Positions 20,326 to 29,683 of a stretch of DNA of 53,907 bases are shown here, in pieces. The DNA is from Bdellovibrionales bacterium (GTDB lineage Bacteria > Bdellovibrionota > Bdellovibrionia > Bdellovibrionales > UBA1609). The notes below the pieces were generated by a model. That model searched no databases and was not told the origin of the DNA. It was given only the letters and a program-made list of their open reading frames with translations. The position numbers and the translations under genes were made by a program. Each line of letters begins with the position of its first letter. Position 1 is the first letter of the stretch. The DNA lies in NCBI GenBank assembly GCA_050246815.1, contig JBFWVI010000020.1, positions 1 to 53,907 on the forward strand, written 5' to 3'.

Positions 20326-20804
20326 CGATGCGGGCGACGACGGCGCTGAGACTTCGTGAGCCAATCTGAAATATAGCCCGCATATTTCTTGCGGGTTGCT
20401 CTGGGCATGTTCGAGTAGTTGCCGATCCATCTTCGGCAGATCGGTGAGCCACAACGACAGCGCATTTTCCACCAGTCGTTTTTTTCGGTCATCTCATAGT
20501 CCCAGGTGATTTGCTCACCTGGAGCAATGGCCCGCATAGCGACGATTTTAAAAAGATCTTTGATGCCGCAGTTGGGATCGCAAGAGTGGTTCACCAAGCG
20601 CGCGATGCCCTTCGAATCCCGCCAGCAGGCCTTTTGAAATTGAATGGCGTGATTTAAAAGGTCTTCGGTCCAAGGCTCAAAATCATCATCCAAAATGACC
20701 CCATCAAAAACCGCGATGACTTCGTTTTTTCGAATCGGCTTGATAGCGTAAACGCCACGGCCAAATTTTTTAGTGCGCCGAACGGCGACCTTACGGCTGT
20801 CCAT
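20322..20804 (-). CDS. SET-domain protein-lysine methyltransferase with post-SET motif
   Basis: GRGVYA, RLVNHSCDPN, EQITWDY and CRCGSPICR. Confidence 0.92.
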   Translation of the reverse strand: MDSRKVAVRRTKKFGRGVYAIKPIRKNEVIAVFDGVILDDDFEPWTEDLLNHAIQFQKACWRDSKGIARLVNHSCDPNCGIKDLFKIVAMRAIAPGEQITWDYEMTEKNDWWKMRCRCGSPICRRWIGNYSNMPRATRKKYAGYISDWLTKSQRRRRPHR

Positions 20805-20930
20805 TTCACCCTAATGTAATTTCTCTACGTTCTTTATTCATGCTTCGAACCAAATAAATGCGGCGCATTGACCGCGACGCATTAATCATTTAAGGATTTC
20901 CATCTATTTCAGTAGTTCTGGAGGCTTGAG

Positions 20931-23900
20931 ATGATCGGGCGGGTGCTTTGTTTGAGTCTTTTTTTGGCTACTGCCGCCCAGGCTGAATCCGACCGAAACC
21001 CGGCAGAACTGGGCAACTACACCAAGGCGGAAATCTTATTGGCTCGGTACGGAAACGAAGCTCGCCAAAAGCTCTTCGCCAAGGCTCTTGAAGTTCGAAC
21101 AATTACGAACCAGCACATTGTCGGCCAAGACCACCTGGCCGCCGCCCTGCAAATTCGATTGGTTCAGTACCTGAATTCCGTTGGTACTCGCAAAGAAGAA
21201 CCGGTCGCCTTACACATCATCGGCCTGCCGGGCGTTGGTAAAACATCGCTCTTGGCGGTGCTGGACGAATTGGGCTTTCCAGTGGTGCGACTTGACGCAC
21301 AGAAGTTTTCCGGCGGCGAACAGTCCGGATCCTCGTACTTTCTGATGCAGGCCCTTGAACAAACCTTGCGTCTAAGAACTCATCCGGATCAGCCCTTGAT
21401 TTTATTTGTGGATGAGCTGGATAAAGTTCCCGAAATTAAACTTTCCGAAAACGGTAAAGAGGTCTCTCAACCCGTCATCGCCTCGCTGAACGAGATTTTG
21501 TCCGAGGGTAAGCTGGCCAACAGCAATATTTTGGGCCGGGTAATGGATTTTTCGAATGTTTTTATTTTGACCGCGATGAATTTTTCGCCAGTGCAAATCG
21601 AAAGTTTTTCGAAACAAAGTCTGGGCAAAACAAAAAGCTTCTGGGACTACACCGAAGCTGACCTCGCTAAATTTGACAAGTGGATTCGTTCTTCTTCGAC
21701 CTCTCAATCCTCGGTTGCCAAAGTGATGGCCCTGCTCTTTCGCTCAAACACGATTAGCCGCATGATCCCCGATGCGATGGTTGCAAAATCGCTTTTTGCC
21801 GACGATTTCGATCAAATTGTCGGCAAAAACATCGAAACCGTTGTTAACCGGATCGCCGGTAAAAGTAACCGCCTGCAAGTGACCCACACTTCCGCCTACA
21901 CCGAATTTTTGCGTCGAGTGAGCGTTTACGCCCCTTCGGGGGCCCGCATGACGGTCAAGAGAGTTGACCTGCTGACCGAACAATTGGTGACCGTCGCGAT
22001 GCACGCCAACCTTCAGGACGACGAAAGCCTTGCGCTGCCCAGACAAATTGTGCTGGATTTCGAAAAATCAGGTACCCATGCCGTTATTCGGATTCAAGCG
22101 CTCTCGGGCAGCGGCCCTCGCGCCCGAGTGCGTTCACAAGGCGATGTGAAGGTCCTCTACAACTCCTCCACGGGCTCCTTTGAACTTCCGATGGATGCTT
22201 TAAAACCTCTGCCCGCAAGGCTGGCCAAAAACGCACAAGATCAGGATAAAAAACTCAGCTCCCGCAAAATCACGGTCGCCCAAGTCCGAACTCACCGTCG
22301 TTTACTTGAGAACAACCATGACCTGGCCAAACACCTGAACAGAGTCATTTTCGGACAACCTGAATTGGCCAGCCAGCTGGACGAAAACCTGCATCTGTAC
22401 ATGAATTCCGAGGAAGAGGTCTTGCGCTATCAAACCGTGCCCGGCTTTACCGGGGTTGGCAAAAGCGCGATTGTCATTGAAGCCGCTAAAAAACTTGGCA
22501 TTGAGTTGGTCAAACTGAATATGCAGCACTACTCGGGGGATTCACAAGAAGCTGCGGATCGTTTTGCCGAAGATCTCTACCTCCAGATCGAGGAAGCTCA
22601 GCGCAAGTCGCCTAAGGGCAAGTACATTTTACTGCTTGAAGAAACGGACAAAGCTTTCGAAATCGATCCTGGCAACGGCAGCAACACCAAGCGCCCCGCC
22701 ATGGCCGTGCTAAAGGATCTGCTAGACAAAGGCACCAGCACGGTGACGCTGAAATCGCGCTGGGACCAAGCCGAGCGAAAAGTGATCGACATCCGCACAG
22801 GCTATATGGTCTTGACCATGAACTTCCCTGTCGATCATTTTGATCTTAAGGCCGATCCTCGCCTGACGACCATCGAAGATATGCAGCGTGTACATCATGA
22901 TGTTTCAAGTTCCCCTGAAGCTCTGCGTTCTTTGTTCACCAGCATGTTCTTGCCTGACACCGTCAATCGGCTTCTTGCGGCCAGTACGCAGGTTGCACGC
23001 CCGCTGGATCGGTTGGGTTATGAACAAGTGCTGCGCGCCCAAATTAATGAAGCACTTGTCGCTCTTTCGTCCGGTGAGACCGGCAAAAAAAATCACGGCG
23101 CTTTGAAGGTTGAAATGACTGCCGCCTACTTTAACCAATACCTTTTCGCAGAATCTGTGATTCCCTCAGAAGGCGGGCGCCAAGCCGCCAATACGGCCAA
23201 AACGCTGTTGATTCGCGATTTGCTTGAGGCTGTCGCCGCTTTGCCTAAGGGCTCCACTCTTTACGGACATCCGCTGACCATCACACTTGATTATGCAGCA
23301 AAAAGTAGAACCTCGGGGCCACGCGTGTTGGCCACAGCCCGCTTGACCTCGGGCAAAGCCTCTTCGCGAAGAGCGCTCTTCAAAAGTCCACGAAAACTGC
23401 GCTTTCCGCCGGTACAAGAGTTCGGCAACTTGGAAGCCCAAAGAATTTTGATCACCGCGCACGAGTTTGGCCATGCGATGGCCGCCGTGATGCATGGCTT
23501 TCGCATCGAACATGCGGTGGCCGTTTCGCCCGTGCCGTCGATCGGCGGCTATGTGAAACCGAAACGAAATCTTAATCCCACAGGCGCGACGCTGCTGGCC
23601 GACCTGATGGTGAGCCTGGGCTCCATCGCCATGGAAAGGCTAATCTTCAGCGACACTCCGACCGAGCCCACTTCAATGCTCGAAATTTCACACGGACCCA
23701 ATCAAGATATTCAGATGGCAACAAAAGCGATTTGGAAAATCATCCACCAATACGGCATGGATCCGGACGGGGGCATTATAGAGCGCTCTGGCCTTAAAGG
23801 CGAGCATCGCGAATTGTATGATAAGCGAGAGTACTTTTTTGCTGAATTGCCAGATGAAAAAATTGAACAGCTGTCTTTGGTTGTACGCGATCTTGTGGAT

Positions 23901-24281
23901 CATCTGGTTTTGCAAATGCAACAGGCCCATTCGCAAGATTGGTACCGCACAAAAATCGTCGACTTTGCGCGCAAGGGCGCCGTGAACGAAAAAGAACTCT
24001 ACGCACTGATCGACTACCCCTTTCCGGGCGAAAATAATATCTTTCTGGGCGAAGATCTGCGCGTGAACCGTGAGTTCAAAGCCGAGCTTGCAATCGAACC
24101 CGAAAGTGTCAGCACTGCCCGCCGATTTAAGCAGGGAGAACATAAAAAAACCGCATCTGAAAATATGCGCGACACCTTAGACGTCTTTATTGCCTCTTTG
24201 AGCAAGCGGCTGCACCCCACCGCAGTGGGTGGTGCGTGCGACGCAGCACTCGCTGCTGGGGCTAGCGAATCGAAGAAATAG
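20931..24281 (+). CDS. Signal-peptide-bearing tandem AAA+ (ClpB-D2-like x2) / peptidase M41 fusion
   Basis: Walker A GLPGVGKT and GFTGVGKS; Walker B FVDELDK and LLEETDK; HEFGH zincin motif with FtsH-like downstream motifs; N-terminal MIGRVLCLSLFLATAAQA. Confidence 0.85.
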   Translation: MIGRVLCLSLFLATAAQAESDRNPAELGNYTKAEILLARYGNEARQKLFAKALEVRTITNQHIVGQDHLAAALQIRLVQYLNSVGTRKEEPVALHIIGLPGVGKTSLLAVLDELGFPVVRLDAQKFSGGEQSGSSYFLMQALEQTLRLRTHPDQPLILFVDELDKVPEIKLSENGKEVSQPVIASLNEILSEGKLANSNILGRVMDFSNVFILTAMNFSPVQIESFSKQSLGKTKSFWDYTEADLAKFDKWIRSSSTSQSSVAKVMALLFRSNTISRMIPDAMVAKSLFADDFDQIVGKNIETVVNRIAGKSNRLQVTHTSAYTEFLRRVSVYAPSGARMTVKRVDLLTEQLVTVAMHANLQDDESLALPRQIVLDFEKSGTHAVIRIQALSGSGPRARVRSQGDVKVLYNSSTGSFELPMDALKPLPARLAKNAQDQDKKLSSRKITVAQVRTHRRLLENNHDLAKHLNRVIFGQPELASQLDENLHLYMNSEEEVLRYQTVPGFTGVGKSAIVIEAAKKLGIELVKLNMQHYSGDSQEAADRFAEDLYLQIEEAQRKSPKGKYILLLEETDKAFEIDPGNGSNTKRPAMAVLKDLLDKGTSTVTLKSRWDQAERKVIDIRTGYMVLTMNFPVDHFDLKADPRLTTIEDMQRVHHDVSSSPEALRSLFTSMFLPDTVNRLLAASTQVARPLDRLGYEQVLRAQINEALVALSSGETGKKNHGALKVEMTAAYFNQYLFAESVIPSEGGRQAANTAKTLLIRDLLEAVAALPKGSTLYGHPLTITLDYAAKSRTSGPRVLATARLTSGKASSRRALFKSPRKLRFPPVQEFGNLEAQRILITAHEFGHAMAAVMHGFRIEHAVAVSPVPSIGGYVKPKRNLNPTGATLLADLMVSLGSIAMERLIFSDTPTEPTSMLEISHGPNQDIQMATKAIWKIIHQYGMDPDGGIIERSGLKGEHRELYDKREYFFAELPDEKIEQLSLVVRDLVDHLVLQMQQAHSQDWYRTKIVDFARKGAVNEKELYALIDYPFPGENNIFLGEDLRVNREFKAELAIEPESVSTARRFKQGEHKKTASENMRDTLDVFIASLSKRLHPTAVGGACDAALAAGASESKK

Positions 24282-24537
24282 CACGATTGGGGCGAGCCGG
24301 GGCCCAAGCGCGACGCTCGTAAAGACGAGGCCTTGGGGCTTGGTTTTTGGCCAGCTTAAACATAGCTTCTTTGCCCATAGGCCGACGCGCATTCAAAGGC
24401 TTTTTGCCTTGAACATAGGGCTTCACCGGGGCGGTCACCGCGAAATCGTCAGGGTCTGCCTGGCGCGGCTTGGGCTTAAAAAATAGAGCAAAAGATAAAC
24501 AGGCCAAAATGAATATAAGCGGTATATAAGGGCGCAT
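24262..24537 (-). CDS. Small basic membrane-anchored hypothetical protein
   Basis: N-terminal hydrophobic helix; fills a gap; overlaps the AAA gene end by 20 nt. Confidence 0.4.
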   Translation of the reverse strand: MRPYIPLIFILACLSFALFFKPKPRQADPDDFAVTAPVKPYVQGKKPLNARRPMGKEAMFKLAKNQAPRPRLYERRAWAPARPNRAISSIR

Positions 24538-24684
24538 ACAGTGAGTAAATTCAAACCCTGTGCCCCTTTAGAGGCTTTATATCGCTTGGGCAGACGGCTG
24601 CCACTGTCACCTTTTACAATCTGCTTAAAAGTTGGACGTGGCTATTTGACAGCTGGTACAAGCCTTACTTTCCGGGGAGGAAAA

Positions 24685-25152
24685 ATGACGACGCGCCTCT
24701 TGTTTATGACTCTTATTTTGACCTTGGCCGCCAAGGCCCACGCCACAATTTTAGATGAAACCCGAACCGATGACGTGAATCAAAGTTCGGTGCACATCAA
24801 ATGCCAGCTTCAAGATATGGATCTGGCGGAATTTGCGGCTCATACAAAAATCGTCATTCACACCGAATTCGGCGACGATGCGCCGAATGCAGAGGTCTAT
24901 GGGACGGACAAAAAATTAGACGCAAATATCACAATGACGGATTTTTCAGACCATCCGCATCTGAATATGCGAATTTTTGTTCTGCTGAACATGGAAACCG
25001 ATCAGATCACCAACTTGATCGTGGTCTACAGCAAACAAAACGGCCGCATTCAGGCCACTGGTGTTTTGACCACAAATGGCCAGCCCAACCCTGTGGTCAA
25101 TGCCCGTGACATGAAGTGCGAATACGTAGGCCCCATGGCCATTAATGGTTAA
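24685..25152 (+). CDS. Secreted beta-rich hypothetical protein
   Basis: GGAGG RBS; signal peptide ending AHA; one Cys pair. Confidence 0.75.
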   Translation: MTTRLLFMTLILTLAAKAHATILDETRTDDVNQSSVHIKCQLQDMDLAEFAAHTKIVIHTEFGDDAPNAEVYGTDKKLDANITMTDFSDHPHLNMRIFVLLNMETDQITNLIVVYSKQNGRIQATGVLTTNGQPNPVVNARDMKCEYVGPMAING

Positions 25153-25161
25153 GCAAAAAAA

Positions 25162-25845
25162 ATGAGCACTGGGCCCGGCCCTCAGCATTTGATCCGCGAA
25201 AACTGGCTAACCCGTGCGCCCAAGCCCTGGGCGGGCTTTGTTATGATTTTGCTGACACTTCTTTTGATGCTAGCAAATTTCTTTTACTGGAATGGCTACG
25301 CTCAGGCGGACCAGTGGATGCCATCTAGCTTTCATACTGTGATGGACCGACATGAATTTTGGCGCCTTTGGACCGCGCTATTTGCACACGGAGATTTGGG
25401 GCATTTGCTGAGCAATTCAATTTTATTCTTACCGCTAACTTACTTGCTATCCGGTTACTACGGGCTTTTATTTTTTCCCGTTGCTGGATTGTTGGTGGGC
25501 GGCTTGGTCAACGCTATGGTGATTCAGTTTTTGCCCCCACAAGCCTCTTTGTTGGGCATGTCTGGCGTGGTTTATTGGATGGGTGCAGCCTGGCTGACAC
25601 TTTATTTTTTGGTGGATCGACGCGAAGCTTGGCGACGACGTTTTGCCGTTGTGGCTTTTTTAGCCGTCATGCTTTTTGCGCCTGAAACCTACAAACCAGA
25701 GATCAGTTACTTAAGTCATCTTCTTGGTTTTGTTCTTGGCATCTTCAGCGCTTTTGCTTTGTGGTGGCTGCGCCGCCGTGAATTTGAAAGGGCCGAGGTT
25801 TTAGAAGAATTTTTTGAGCGCGATGAGCCTGGCGCTATCCCTTGA
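25162..25845 (+). CDS. Rhomboid intramembrane serine protease
   Basis: FWRLWTALFAHGDLGHLLSN, catalytic GMSG and SHLLGF. Confidence 0.92.
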   Translation: MSTGPGPQHLIRENWLTRAPKPWAGFVMILLTLLLMLANFFYWNGYAQADQWMPSSFHTVMDRHEFWRLWTALFAHGDLGHLLSNSILFLPLTYLLSGYYGLLFFPVAGLLVGGLVNAMVIQFLPPQASLLGMSGVVYWMGAAWLTLYFLVDRREAWRRRFAVVAFLAVMLFAPETYKPEISYLSHLLGFVLGIFSAFALWWLRRREFERAEVLEEFFERDEPGAIP

Positions 25846-26569
25846 GTTGAGCGCGAAGCAATTGATCACAACTCTGAGCTGTTTTCTCATCAGCAAATTG
25901 TTGAATTAAAATCCAGCTCTGCCAAAGAGCTTCCGGGATGGGCGAGGCCGCGATTATTTTTTTTACTTCTTCAGCTCGGGCCACTTCACTTTCGCCGTGC
26001 CGGCTTAAAATGTTGACCACTTCGATCGGGCGGTAAACGGCATAAATGGTCGCCAATAAACCTAAAACTTTAAGGCCAACAACCATATCCGCGGGCTGCA
26101 GTTGAATCCCCGAAGCCAGAGCCCAAGCAGAGAGCATGCCCACATTCATTGCGGTGATGCCCTTCATCAATTCAATACCCACCTTCACCTCAACCGAACG
26201 CCCGGGGCGGACCTGATGCCGACGATCACGGTAAATTTTTAACTGCTTGGCGAATTCCGCGACGGCAAGGGCGGAGATTTGCTGACGCATTTCAGATGTG
26301 ATTGTGGTTTGACCACTTTTCATCCATTGCAATGCTTCATAAGAAAGCCCCAGTCCGTTTTGCAGCTCAGGCAGACGTGCGATAGTTGCAAGCGCATTTG
26401 TTAAGCGCTCGCCCTCACTCAGCTCCGCCCAACTGGCGGTGACCTCCATCAACCGCTTTTCAACCGCTTCGATCAGGGCCTGATCAGGGGTCACGGGGGC
26501 GAAGGTTTTGCCCTCCTCTGCCAGCAGCGGGGCTGCAAACAAGCTTAGCAACAGGAGAATTTTGACCAT
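25835..26569 (-). CDS. Secreted helical protein with an internal hydrophobic hairpin and C-terminal SCDQLL motif
   Basis: Signal peptide MVKILLLLSLFAAPLLA; two hydrophobic helices mid-protein. Confidence 0.7.
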   Translation of the reverse strand: MVKILLLLSLFAAPLLAEEGKTFAPVTPDQALIEAVEKRLMEVTASWAELSEGERLTNALATIARLPELQNGLGLSYEALQWMKSGQTTITSEMRQQISALAVAEFAKQLKIYRDRRHQVRPGRSVEVKVGIELMKGITAMNVGMLSAWALASGIQLQPADMVVGLKVLGLLATIYAVYRPIEVVNILSRHGESEVARAEEVKKIIAASPIPEALWQSWILIQQFADEKTAQSCDQLLRAQLKG

Positions 26570-26646
26570 GACGCTGTGTAATATGGTGCGACATTGATGT
26601 CCAGGATTTTGTGGGGCGAGTGGTTCCGCATATGACGGCCGCCCAA

Positions 26647-27249
26647 CTAAAGGTGCAGGCCTATACCGACTAACAGGTTCATCTGCGTTGCCGTAGATTC
26701 AGACTGACCCGTCAGAAAATCATAGCGGAATTCGACATTGGCAAAAACTTTATCGCGAAACAACCAATCTAAACCCACGTTTACACCGGGCCCCACATAG
26801 GTCGTGGTCAGCGTCGTTAAGAACTGTCTTTGTCGAAGTGCAACCCCGGCGTAGGGTCGAAGGACGCTGCTAAAATGCATCGACATCGGCCCACTGCTCA
26901 AAGACTGATAGCCCGAGGTCGACATTGGATAATAGCGAAGCCCCAGATCGAATCCTGTTGCCGTGTCTCCGCCAAATCCTTGAGAAGACACTAAAGTCAT
27001 TCCCGCATCGACCACATATTGCTTCCAAAAGCCAACACCAAAAGAAAGGGAGTAGGAGCCAAAACCAGAAATTTCTTCTGCCGCACGCCCTGGTCTTTTC
27101 GCAGAAAAGTTGTAAGATCCGGCTTGAAACAATAGGCGATAATCTTGTTTGGCCTCTTCGCCAAGCGCAACGCCACTTAGCAAAAGAGCCGCAAGGGCTA
27201 ATGTCGCAAGCTTAGGCGGCTTTTGCCACAGTTTCACTCTTGCCCCCAT
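26647..27249 (-). CDS. Outer-membrane beta-barrel (OmpA/OmpW-like), last gene of the motAB operon
   Basis: Signal ending GVALG; strands GFDLGLRYY, LRPYAGV, GVNVGLDW, ANVEFRYDF and NLLVGIGLHL; overlaps the upstream gene. Confidence 0.8.
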   Translation of the reverse strand: MGARVKLWQKPPKLATLALAALLLSGVALGEEAKQDYRLLFQAGSYNFSAKRPGRAAEEISGFGSYSLSFGVGFWKQYVVDAGMTLVSSQGFGGDTATGFDLGLRYYPMSTSGYQSLSSGPMSMHFSSVLRPYAGVALRQRQFLTTLTTTYVGPGVNVGLDWLFRDKVFANVEFRYDFLTGQSESTATQMNLLVGIGLHL

Positions 27250-28951
27250 CTGTGGTTGGCGCCGTCGCCTCTCGCTCGCTAGCCTCTTGATAGGCCTTCG
27301 TCACTTGTCGACGAAGGCGGCGGGTCGCGATGAGGTCAAGGTTAAAGGGGTCGACAAGTTTGAAGGCCTCGTTGACCTGAAAACGTAACCGATCGGTAAA
27401 GGCCGCCAAAAACTTATCCCGATCATAGGGTTCGCAGCCAAACAGAACCAAGGCCCATTCGCGCACCGTCAAGATCGGACCCAAAATTCGAAGCACCTGA
27501 GGCGGGGCTTCGAGCACCTTGAAAAATGGAACTCTTTCTCGGCGAATGGCCGAGTTCTCGGGCAAAACGGTGTAAAAATCTTTTTCATCTCTTGGGCTGG
27601 CTAAGTCTAAGTAGTTCACAAGATCTAGGTCTTGAAAGAAGGCTTGAATCTGCGATTCACTTCGCAAAGGTTTCATCTCTTGCGCCTGCTTCTCTAAATG
27701 CACCAACACGGGCGGATCAATGGGCTTTAGCTTTTTCTTGGCCTCAAGAAAAACAGCCCACTGCCCGGGAAACATCCGCTTCGCAACAGCAAGGGCCAAT
27801 GTTCGCGGCATAAGCTCAAAAACGGACTGCGCGATTTCAATTGGCAAATCTGCAAATAAAACGGCCAGCTCTTCATCGCGCAATCTAGAAAAAATAACCC
27901 CGGCTCGACGAAAATCATCATTGTTTCCAAGCTTTAAATCTTCAGAAAAATGTCGTCGAAGGCGAAGCTTATCGGCTTCACTCAAAACCTGAATCGATTT
28001 TGATGTCAGCGGCCCCGGCTGCGAAAGGGCAACAAACCACCAGTTGCCCACGCCGTACTTAAAAAGTGTGCGAAGTGTCGGCTCTGGCAGCTCCGCAAGA
28101 ACCGAGCCCACTGTTCCTGGATCCTCTTGTCCTCTTCGTTCAAGAAATTCCATCAACCGCGAATCCGGTCGCGAAAAAAGATCTTGGTTGCGATTGATCA
28201 ACTCGAGCGCGTTTTTGCGAATCTCAAGAAGGTTCGCGCCAAAATCAAGATTGTCATTGCCTGCGCCGACATCTTTTTCGCGCTCGCTGGTTGGTGCTGC
28301 GCCATGGGCCATATCGCTGGCCAGCGACAAGGCGTCGGTGGCAAATTTTTGTGTGCTTTGGCCGATATCTTGGATTGGCTTTGACAGGCCCTGCACCAAG
28401 TGTTTCACACTTAGTTTTGCCAGCATCCAAAAGCCCGCCATCGTCGTGACAAGAGCCACCACAAAAAAGAGGGCGATCCATGAGAACGTTCGATATTTTT
28501 CGGCTTGAAGCCAATTCATCTTTGTAATTGTGATCGTGTCGGCTTTCGCATCCAACTTTAATTGTTTTGCCAGGTTGGTTTTTAACTCTTCAACTTCGCT
28601 GTCGGTGAGTGAAGAATCGATCGACACATCGATCTTAACGCTTTTCAGCTGACCAATCAGAGTGCCAAGCGGCACATCCATGCGATCCCAAAGATCCAAC
28701 TCGTCCTGCTCCCACTCTAAGTGCGGCAGCCGGGTCGTGGTTTTTTCTTTTCTAGTTGAGTCCTCGCGTCTGCTGACCTCGTCACGGCCGGTGTCAATCG
28801 TCACAAACACTGTGAAGGGCCGGTCTGGAAATCGAGTTTTTAAAATTTCAGTTACCTTTTCCGCATAAAACTCTTCGATTTCAGTTGTTCTCGACGCCTG
28901 TGCCAGGGGAAAAAATCCCAAAAGTACCGCCAGCATTATCATCTTTTTCAT
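27212..28951 (-). CDS. Putative FliF(RBM3)-TM-FliG(M/C) fusion rotor protein
   Basis: Signal peptide ending AQA; periplasmic segment resembling the FliF C-terminal ring domain; one TM helix; the C-terminal region aligns by eye without gaps to FliG-C (ALVLFGCEPYDRDKFLAAFTDR vs LIALKGAEQPLREKFLRNMSQR). Confidence 0.7.
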   Translation of the reverse strand: MKKMIMLAVLLGFFPLAQASRTTEIEEFYAEKVTEILKTRFPDRPFTVFVTIDTGRDEVSRREDSTRKEKTTTRLPHLEWEQDELDLWDRMDVPLGTLIGQLKSVKIDVSIDSSLTDSEVEELKTNLAKQLKLDAKADTITITKMNWLQAEKYRTFSWIALFFVVALVTTMAGFWMLAKLSVKHLVQGLSKPIQDIGQSTQKFATDALSLASDMAHGAAPTSEREKDVGAGNDNLDFGANLLEIRKNALELINRNQDLFSRPDSRLMEFLERRGQEDPGTVGSVLAELPEPTLRTLFKYGVGNWWFVALSQPGPLTSKSIQVLSEADKLRLRRHFSEDLKLGNNDDFRRAGVIFSRLRDEELAVLFADLPIEIAQSVFELMPRTLALAVAKRMFPGQWAVFLEAKKKLKPIDPPVLVHLEKQAQEMKPLRSESQIQAFFQDLDLVNYLDLASPRDEKDFYTVLPENSAIRRERVPFFKVLEAPPQVLRILGPILTVREWALVLFGCEPYDRDKFLAAFTDRLRFQVNEAFKLVDPFNLDLIATRRLRRQVTKAYQEASEREATAPTTDGGKSETVAKAA

Positions 28952-29682
28952 TTGTCACCGCCTGTCGGGGTTCGTGACCATGGCAGATTTTCGAGGCCTC
29001 GCTCCGTTGAGTCCAAAGGTTCAATGACCAGTACAATTTTTCGATCATAGCGCAGTCTTTCTTCCGCCGAAACCTGCTGGCTTTTGTCTGTTTCACCATA
29101 TCCGCCAATGCGCATCAGATGGTGCGGAATGCCGGCGCTGTTCAAGGCCCGAAGCGCCGCAATCGCACGAAGGGCGGACAACTCAAGATTGTCAGAGAAC
29201 GGCTGGTGCCGCCCCCGACGCACAGGGCGCGAGTCCGTATATCCCCTCACAATCAATCGCATCTGTCCGGTAAACCCTGTAAAGACGCTGGCAAATTTTT
29301 TGAGTGAATTTTCGCCCTCTGGGGTCAACACATACTCTGCCGTTTTGAAAAATGACACGATTGGAAATTCAACTAAAAGTTTATTCCCCTGAACCGTCGT
29401 TTTGAGATCTGGCGCCACGGGGTCCGCGGTCTGTTCAATGGGACCCCATGTTGCGTCTGGCCGGGTTGGAGCGACATACGCAAACTCTTTTTTCACCAGC
29501 TTATCGATCAGTCGAATCTGAAGCGTGTCGTTGCCAAGACTAAAAAACAAGACGAAAAAGGCCAAGAGCAACGTAACCATGTCACCGTACGAAATCGCCC
29601 AATTGCTATTGTGATCTCCTTCAGGAGACTGGTGTTCTCTTCGCGAGCGAAACATCTGAGAGCGAAGCATTCGTACTGCCAT
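28948..29682 (-). CDS. motB: MotB-family stator subunit
   Basis: WAISYGDMVTLLLAFFVLFFS with the conserved Asp; OmpA-like C-terminal domain (GYTD, NLELSALRA, GYGET, DRKIVLVI). Alternative start at 29715. Confidence 0.92.
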   Translation of the reverse strand: MAVRMLRSQMFRSRREHQSPEGDHNSNWAISYGDMVTLLLAFFVLFFSLGNDTLQIRLIDKLVKKEFAYVAPTRPDATWGPIEQTADPVAPDLKTTVQGNKLLVEFPIVSFFKTAEYVLTPEGENSLKKFASVFTGFTGQMRLIVRGYTDSRPVRRGRHQPFSDNLELSALRAIAALRALNSAGIPHHLMRIGGYGETDKSQQVSAEERLRYDRKIVLVIEPLDSTERGLENLPWSRTPTGGDK

Positions 29683-29683
29683 C

